From the NCBI GenBank assembly GCA_963759805.1, contig CAVXAT010000001.1, positions 96,001 through 160,000 on the forward strand: a DNA stretch of 64,000 nt, written 5' to 3'. How positions within the stretch are numbered: the stretch's first letter is position 1; the number at the start of each line of letters is the position of its first letter. A program made the position numbers and the translations under genes. The stretch is from an uncultured bacterium (GTDB lineage: Bacteria; Babelota; Babeliae; Babelales; RVW-14). Shown here in pieces: positions 57,844 through 64,000 of the stretch. The notes beneath the pieces are model-generated. The model saw only the letters and a program-made list of their open reading frames with translations, searched no databases and was not told where the DNA came from.

Positions 57844-57903
57844 GATTTTGTCCTAGTATTTATGGAGTTTTTTGTATTGTGAAAACAGTGTGCAACATAC
57901 TTG

Positions 57904-58782
57904 TTACAATTCGAGCTGCTTGCCCTGCTGTGCAAATTCTTTTATTTTGTTACGCGCGAATTCGCTAAGTCCGCACCAAATATTTGATTCATATGCCGTA
58001 ATTAAATAATTCAACTCTGCCTTTTCTTCATGTTCATTAACAGGATTGATTATCGGCATTTCATCGAGCAAATCATCCATTTTATTCCAAAATTTGTCCA
58101 TCTTCCAAGAGCCTAATACATAGTCAAGTGCGTCTTCGAATTCATTAGACAATGCATAAATCCATGCGATATAAATTCTACTTAATTGTTTGTTTTCTAG
58201 AGAGTGCATTAATGCATCAAAAAGAACACATAATTGCGATGCAACAATTTCTCTGATCGCTATGACATTTTGTCGAATTGATACGATATCTATTTTTTTC
58301 TCTTCAAAAACATCCAATGTTGAATCCATTAATAACGCTGCATCCAGGAAAGCTCCATAAAACGAAATCGGATTATATTGAACCTCTTTCCATTTTGTAG
58401 GATCTGTTTCGACGTAAGCGCCCTCATTTTTGAGCGTATTCAAAATTTCAGTTGTAAGTTCACTTATGGCTGTTAAGAGCAATGTTCTATTATGTCTTAT
58501 AAGATCAATAAAGGTTAACTTTTTATTTATGACAGAAAAATCGATTTTTTTAGCTAACCTTTTTTCAATAAATTGCTCTAGAATTTTTTTATTGAAATCT
58601 TGCATTTTAAAAGATTTTTTTAGTTTTCGAAATTCATCGCAATTGTCGCCCTTCAGTACTGAACTCATTGTATTCAAGAAAATAGAGCACAAAAACAACT
58701 CACAATCCAGTGTTATATTTTCGAAATTTATATCATTTTGATTTGCATCATCTTCTTTTGAATTAATAGAAAGATTCTTCAT
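57904..58782 (-). CDS. Hypothetical helical protein, translationally coupled to TnpA-like ORF
   Basis: 292-aa ORF with ATGA overlap at 58779-58782. Confidence 0.65.
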   Translation of the reverse strand: MKNLSINSKEDDANQNDINFENITLDCELFLCSIFLNTMSSVLKGDNCDEFRKLKKSFKMQDFNKKILEQFIEKRLAKKIDFSVINKKLTFIDLIRHNRTLLLTAISELTTEILNTLKNEGAYVETDPTKWKEVQYNPISFYGAFLDAALLMDSTLDVFEEKKIDIVSIRQNVIAIREIVASQLCVLFDALMHSLENKQLSRIYIAWIYALSNEFEDALDYVLGSWKMDKFWNKMDDLLDEMPIINPVNEHEEKAELNYLITAYESNIWCGLSEFARNKIKEFAQQGKQLEL

Positions 58783-59132
58783 AGAGGGATCCCATTTTCG
58801 TTGTTTTTAGCTTTGTTTTTCAAACAGAGCTTACAATTACTTAAATCTAAATCCCCAACAGTTTCTACAGAATATCCCAAGGCCCAAGGAATCATTTTAT
58901 TTTCATTTTTCAAAATCTTAACGGCGTTATCAACGCTCATAGAAATGGGTAGATGAACCAGCAAATCTAGCTGCGTTTTCCGCAGGGACATTTCTATGAT
59001 ATTCCATTTATGGGAGTTGGCACATAAAGAAATTGATTCTTTTGCTAGTTCAAAGACCTTTGGGTCAAGTAATTTTTTACTGACTTTAATCTTTAAAACG
59101 ATGTAATAAATAAGATTATGCTTTTTATTCAT
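58779..59132 (-). CDS. Degenerate IS200/IS605 TnpA (Y1 HUH)-like protein
   Basis: HNLIYYIVL, IIEM...LLVHLPISMSVDNAVKILK, WALGYSVETVG; HUH position reads QLD. Confidence 0.6.
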   Translation of the reverse strand: MNKKHNLIYYIVLKIKVSKKLLDPKVFELAKESISLCANSHKWNIIEMSLRKTQLDLLVHLPISMSVDNAVKILKNENKMIPWALGYSVETVGDLDLSNCKLCLKNKAKNNENGIPL

Positions 59133-59318
59133 TTGTAATCTGCCTAATTTTAGCTGAATTCTCAAAATTAATCTGATAAGAATTCTAGGATAAAATCAGG
59201 CCTAAGTCAAATTTTTCTGGCCTGAAAGGCTGAATTTAACAATGTTTTACGAAGATTTTGGGTTTTGTGAAAAGCCTAGCCTGCAAACTAACTCGCAACT
59301 TGTAATCTAAATCGTAAC

Positions 59319-60524
59319 TTACTGTTCAGTTAAAGCTTCAACCGGACGGAGTCGCGCAGCCATTTCTGCCGGATAAAAGCCGAACAGAAGGCCAATCAAT
59401 GCCGTGAAAAGAAATGCAACAATAACGGGCAAAGGTTCTACTATGGCCGGGATATGGAAAATGCGATCGAGAATGACTGATGCTGCAATTCCAAATGTAA
59501 CACCAATCAGTCCTCCAACCATACAGATTGCAACTGCTTCAAACAAAAATTGCATTCTAATCATATTCATTGTTGCACCCAGTGCAGCCTTAATACCAAT
59601 CTCTTTGGTTCGTTCGTGGACTGCCACAAGCATAATATTCATAACTCCAATGCCACCAACCAGAAGTGCTATTAAAGCTGCAATGATAGAAAAAAGCCCC
59701 ACCGATTTTGCGGTCTCTTCGGCTGCCGCAGCAAATGTTTGAAGATCAAAAATCATAAAATCGTTTGGTTCTCCATCTTCGATATGGTGGGCAGCGCGAA
59801 ATATTTTCTCAAGCTGTCGCACGACTTCAGGGACCTGTTCCTCAGTGTAAGTACTCATGGAAATCTCATTTATGTAATCGCCAAAATATTTTTCCCATGT
59901 TGAAAATGGAATATAGACCCTGGGCAGACCAAGCCCATCCCACTTTCCAGGAGTTTTGTGTGGAGCAAGGACTCCAATTATAGTGAATGGGTGCTGAGCA
60001 ATACGTATAGTTTGGCCACATGGGTCTTGTAGTTTAAAAAAGAAATCTGCCATTCTGGGGCTAAGCACCACAACATTTTCTTTATACATAATATGCTGCC
60101 GCGATAAATTTACTCCAAATTGCAACGTTTCTTCCGAAATATAAAGGGATTGTTCATTTACTCCTTCAACTTGAGCCGAGGAAGTGTTTCCTTCATACTC
60201 TATAGAACTTGAATGAGTGCCTGACTGCGGTGATATGTATTGTATCGTTGGACACTGTGAACGAATGACTTCGATATCGTCCAATGTTAAGCGCTTGGGT
60301 GGTTTTTTTGTAGATGACATAAAATTGCCCGAATAAATACTAAGGCCCTTTGTTCCGTAGGCAAGATATTGGTCTCGTGCTTTCTTTTGCGCACCCTTAC
60401 CAACCGAAACAATGGCAATAATACCAGCAATTCCGATAACAATGCCGAGCAGCGTTAAAAGTGATCGCATTGTGTGGTGGCCTATGGCTCGAAAAGCCAT
60501 GCGCATTATCATATGTATCATCAT
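59319..60524 (-). CDS. MacB-type ABC permease (no fused ATPase)
   Basis: RSLLTLLGIVIGI, LLVGGIGVMNIMLVAVHERTKEIG, GFYPA. Confidence 0.92.
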   Translation of the reverse strand: MMIHMIMRMAFRAIGHHTMRSLLTLLGIVIGIAGIIAIVSVGKGAQKKARDQYLAYGTKGLSIYSGNFMSSTKKPPKRLTLDDIEVIRSQCPTIQYISPQSGTHSSSIEYEGNTSSAQVEGVNEQSLYISEETLQFGVNLSRQHIMYKENVVVLSPRMADFFFKLQDPCGQTIRIAQHPFTIIGVLAPHKTPGKWDGLGLPRVYIPFSTWEKYFGDYINEISMSTYTEEQVPEVVRQLEKIFRAAHHIEDGEPNDFMIFDLQTFAAAAEETAKSVGLFSIIAALIALLVGGIGVMNIMLVAVHERTKEIGIKAALGATMNMIRMQFLFEAVAICMVGGLIGVTFGIAASVILDRIFHIPAIVEPLPVIVAFLFTALIGLLFGFYPAEMAARLRPVEALTEQ

Positions 60525-60539
60525 GAAAAACTCCCCAAA

Positions 60540-61775
60540 TCAGCTGCCGGCTACCTGTTTAGCTATTTTCTTTACTTCTTCAGATGCAGTCATATCATCT
60601 GCAATGATATCATCTGTTTCACTTACACCGGAGAGTATCTGATAAAAGGCATTGTCGGTGACACCGATGGCAACAGATTTTTCAACAAAAGCCTTGCCCT
60701 GCACAACCCATAAATATTTGACCGGATGCTGGGCTTGTTGCTTGTTAAGCTCTTTTTTCTTTGCTGCGTCGATTGGCCTGAAGTCATAACGCATTTTTTT
60801 TGTCACCTCTTCTAATATTTTGGGGTTAAGCTGGAATACAAAACCTGGAACTGCAAGCGCCTGCTTTACCTTCTCAATGGTAATTTTTGCATGGACAGTC
60901 ATACTTGGACGCAGTAGCTTCTCGGAGTTATCAATGAGAACTTCAGCGTCATAAGTAACTGATGGAGTTTGTCCCTGTTGCGTTTGAGTGGTAGATTGTT
61001 GTACTGCTTTACTTGTTCCAAGTGAGCTGATTTTCCCTTTCCATGGCTTGTGATCAGGATATGCATCAACAGTAATTTTTGCTTGCATTCCAATCTTGAT
61101 ATCACCCATTTTATTCTCATCTATGGAAAGCGTTGCCTTCATGCTGCTCAAATCTTGTGCGATTTCAAAAAGGACGCAAGATGTTGCATTGCTTGGTGAA
61201 AATGCTTGTCCTTCCTTGACGGGGATGGATACGATGATACCGTCAATTGGCGCGCGAACTTGTGCTTGCTCAAACAGAAAAACCTCTTTGTCGTGGGCAG
61301 CTCGCGTACGCTCAACCTCTGCCTGTGCCGTAACATACTCTGCGGTAGTTTTTTCAAAGGTTTCTCTGGCAATCTGTCCGGATTTAAATAGTGCCGAATC
61401 TCGTTTGTAATATGCGGCTTTGTATTCAAGATCTGCTTGTGCTCTTTTCAGTTCAGCCTGTGTTCGCTTGACGTCAGCATCACCACCCGTACTATTTTCA
61501 AGGTCTGCAAGCAGTGTGTTCTTGGTAACTTTGTCCCCCTCTTTGACGTATATTTTTTTTACTTTTGCGTTGATAAGCGAACCGATTTTCTGAGTTCCCT
61601 GAGCTTCAAGTGATCCTTCGGCATTTACTATTTTGGAAATGTCGTGCTTTTCAAGCTTTTGCGTTTTAAAAAAGATTTGAGATGGTGCCTTAAAAAAGGT
61701 TTTGTAGACAAACCAGCCGCCTACGCCAAGTATAATGATAATAAGAAATGTTGTTATATAGCCTCGAATCCCCAT
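60540..61775 (-). CDS. MacA-type efflux periplasmic adaptor
   Basis: N-terminal TM, VKEGDKV, RAPIDG, VDAYPD, LRPSMT. Confidence 0.9.
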   Translation of the reverse strand: MGIRGYITTFLIIIILGVGGWFVYKTFFKAPSQIFFKTQKLEKHDISKIVNAEGSLEAQGTQKIGSLINAKVKKIYVKEGDKVTKNTLLADLENSTGGDADVKRTQAELKRAQADLEYKAAYYKRDSALFKSGQIARETFEKTTAEYVTAQAEVERTRAAHDKEVFLFEQAQVRAPIDGIIVSIPVKEGQAFSPSNATSCVLFEIAQDLSSMKATLSIDENKMGDIKIGMQAKITVDAYPDHKPWKGKISSLGTSKAVQQSTTQTQQGQTPSVTYDAEVLIDNSEKLLRPSMTVHAKITIEKVKQALAVPGFVFQLNPKILEEVTKKMRYDFRPIDAAKKKELNKQQAQHPVKYLWVVQGKAFVEKSVAIGVTDNAFYQILSGVSETDDIIADDMTASEEVKKIAKQVAGS

Positions 61776-61879
61776 ACATAACTCCTTTTATTTCACTTTT
61801 TAATTTTCAATGATACCATTAATCATCATATAATCATCATAGCAGAGAATATTTTTTAGACCAACCAGGGGATTTTATA

Positions 61880-63370
61880 ATGTTGCAAATTTTTCTTATT
61901 TTTGCTCTATTACTTCCAATAATAGTTGGGGCGCAGCAGGAAGCACCCAAGCAATTGACCACAGAAAAATTAACTCCAGAAAATTTTACCCCAAAACAAG
62001 TAACCCCCAAAAAATTAACTTCCCAGAAACTAACTATGGACGATGCCGTGCAGCGTGCCCTTACGCACAGGCCGGATCTTGAGGCCTTGCGTTATGCCAC
62101 ACAGGCCTTTGAATCTGCGGCTAAATCCGAAAGAGCCTTTTACTTCCCAACCATTGGGTTGAGAAGCGATATCTATCAGCATAATGGCGAAAAAGAACCG
62201 GACAGCTACACCGAAATAACTGTGAATCAGCAAATATACTCATTTGCAGGCCCACTCCAAAAATATCAGCGAGCAAAAAATATTGCGCAGGTTTCTGAGC
62301 TTGACAGAATCATAGAGACGAACAAAACACGGCAGGCAACGGAAAAAACATTTTTGAGTGCATGGCTAGCGCAGGAAAAAGAGAAGAGCATTGCAGTGCT
62401 GAATAAATCTGCCCAAACAACATTTCAGAGGGAGAAGCAGAAAAATAAACTAGAAAAATTGGATAAAGATGTGTGGCTTAAAAATGTTTCTGATTACGCC
62501 ACATCCATGGCAAAAGTTGATCAGTATGAAGAAGAAGTGATTATTGTTTACAAAAAACTGGAATTTCTCATGGGGGAATCACTTGCTTTACTCTCCACAT
62601 GCAGCAGCGATGGTAAACAATTATGCGATGGTAGCAAACTATGTCCACCTAAAGCCAAGCTTGTATGGCATTACAAAAAGAATTACGAGCCTGAGCCGCT
62701 TGATACATACTTTCATTATGCGCTTATTTCTAGGCCAGAGGTGCCTAAGGGATTAAAAAAGATGGCTATTGAAAAATGGAATATCAGGCTTGCGCAAGGA
62801 ACACGACTTCCAGAGATAAGCGCAAGCGCTCAAGCCGGTTGTGAAACAAATCCCAATGATAAAGAAAATACAGTTATTCCATCTACCGATCTGGTAATAG
62901 CACCTCCGTCCGCATCGGCAATTAGGCCATTTTGGGAGCTACGCGTGTCGCTGGAGTGGTCGATCTTTGATGGTCTTGTAACCCAATACAGGGAGCAACA
63001 GGCAGAGGCCGATAAAGTCAAAGAGATGCTCCAGCATGAGCAAGATATTTTGAACATCAAAGACGAGGTTCATGAAAAGTACCATACACTAGTAAAAATT
63101 CTTAAAAAGTCTCGCGAACAAAAGTTAAAATATATTCATGGCCGCAACCACTACAACCTCAAAAAACAGGAGCTTGAGCTTGGCAGAATTTCGCAGGTTG
63201 ATTTTGATGCAGAGAAAACTGCCTGGCAAGATGTTCAATTTGATTGGATCTCGTACAATGTTGAAATAGCCTCGGCCGAATGCGATCTTATGTATGCATG
63301 TGGGTATCCGGAACTTTCTCAAACCAGGTCTCCAGGGCCCAAGAAGAGAGATCCTGAATCAAGTTCATAA
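61880..63370 (+). CDS. TolC family outer membrane protein; last codons run through a REP and stop in a MITE end
   Basis: Signal peptide, LTMDDAVQRAL, RPEV, LEWSIFDG; C-terminus RDPESSS encoded by REP half. Confidence 0.85.
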   Translation: MLQIFLIFALLLPIIVGAQQEAPKQLTTEKLTPENFTPKQVTPKKLTSQKLTMDDAVQRALTHRPDLEALRYATQAFESAAKSERAFYFPTIGLRSDIYQHNGEKEPDSYTEITVNQQIYSFAGPLQKYQRAKNIAQVSELDRIIETNKTRQATEKTFLSAWLAQEKEKSIAVLNKSAQTTFQREKQKNKLEKLDKDVWLKNVSDYATSMAKVDQYEEEVIIVYKKLEFLMGESLALLSTCSSDGKQLCDGSKLCPPKAKLVWHYKKNYEPEPLDTYFHYALISRPEVPKGLKKMAIEKWNIRLAQGTRLPEISASAQAGCETNPNDKENTVIPSTDLVIAPPSASAIRPFWELRVSLEWSIFDGLVTQYREQQAEADKVKEMLQHEQDILNIKDEVHEKYHTLVKILKKSREQKLKYIHGRNHYNLKKQELELGRISQVDFDAEKTAWQDVQFDWISYNVEIASAECDLMYACGYPELSQTRSPGPKKRDPESSS

Positions 63371-63638
63371 CTGTCCGAAGTGTTAAACGTAGCTTTGAAT
63401 CGTCGGATGCGTATGGTTTTCATCGCGCTCGTCCTGAGTGATTTGCAAGCAACTTGTTGCTTAGCAAATCGTATCGAAGGATAGAGCGCAACGGCGGATA
63501 GAATAAGTTTTTAGGGCGCACCCTTCGATACGCCTCGCAAGGCTCGGCACTCAGGGCGAGCGCCCTTGAGTGAGCGCAACAAGCGTTCAGATGGCTTTTA
63601 AAACACTTCGGACAGTTATGAATCAAGTTCAGGATGAC
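63349..63638. mobile_element. REP palindrome split by about 255-bp MITE (perfect TIRs, exact target duplication)
   Basis: AGATCCT GAATCAAGTTC ATAACTGTCCGAAGTGTT...AACACTTCGGACAGTTAT GAATCAAGTTC AGGATGAC. Confidence 0.88.
63425..63566. repeat. Inverted pair of a different REP-like family inside the MITE
   Basis: GCGCTCGTCCTGAGTG..CGTATCGAAGG (63425-63489) versus CCCTTCGATACG..CACTCAGGGCGAGCGC (63513-63566). Confidence 0.8.
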
Positions 63639-63691
63639 AAAAACAGCGATACCAAAACAATACCAAATTAAAATGATAAGTTTATTTCTGC

Positions 63692-64000
63692 TCAGATGCT
63701 AATCATGCGCAGGTAATCTTTCTGACTTTCATAAACCATTGTAGAAATAAAATTAATAAACGGCTTATCATCTTTGGGTTCAACTTGAGTATGCTTGAGT
63801 AAATTAATATAATCAGCTCTTAATATTGGCGGAATTATTGTTACAACGTAGCCATGCTGCAACAAAGCCAAATTCATAACAAGTCTGGCTGTTCTTCCAT
63901 TGCCATCTACAAATGGATGAATGGTAACCAACTCTTTGTGTAAAAGTGCGGCAAATTCAACAGGATGTAGCTCCTGTCGTATTGTGGTCATGCTATCAAC
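63692..64000 (-). CDS. Fic domain protein, 5' end outside window
   Basis: Canonical HPFVDGNGRTAR motif. Confidence 0.9.
   Translation of the reverse strand, partial: VDSMTTIRQELHPVEFAALLHKELVTIHPFVDGNGRTARLVMNLALLQHGYVVTIIPPILRADYINLLKHTQVEPKDDKPFINFISTMVYESQKDYLRMISI

Noticed and set aside
61943..62035. Five-residue repeats in the TolC N-terminus (KLTPE/NFTPK/QVTPK/KLTSQ)
   Set aside because: Degenerate low-complexity linker with no evidence of separate function.
63420..63626. 68-aa minus-strand ORF inside the MITE
   Set aside because: No transposase motifs; translation of palindromes.
1..64000. Numerous 60-190 aa ORFs antisense to or nested in long genes; tRNA/rRNA genes
   Set aside because: Shadow ORFs lack motifs and RBS; no cloverleaf or rRNA-like sequence recognised by eye.

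Overview
AT-rich bacterial genomic window. By inference it comes from an intracellular protist parasite of the Candidatus Dependentiae (TM6/Babeliales) type, based on many orphan signal-peptide proteins, eukaryote-like RING-H2 proteins, AAA_14/DUF4143 ATPases and M16 peptidase style. The only clear core gene is hisS. The rest is accessory: four ABC/efflux clusters, an ABC-F, five toxin-antitoxin pairs plus a partial Fic gene, several nucleases/ATPases, detox-type enzymes and putative secreted effectors. No rRNA, tRNA or CRISPR array was seen. The most unusual signal is non-coding. Three small cassettes bounded by terminal inverted repeats (TIRs) each carry a head-to-head pair of REP-like hairpins (26042-26444, 36764-37320, 63366-63620). 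Two share the same TIR and sit in the centre of the same REP palindrome, whose empty form is at 49426-49451, and one carries an intact GIY-YIG nuclease between perfect 37-bp inverted repeats. A second signal is a YhcG/DUF1016 nuclease gene embedded in four covarying GTCnnnCAGCCTGnnnGAC palindromes. All family assignments come from motif recognition, not database searches.
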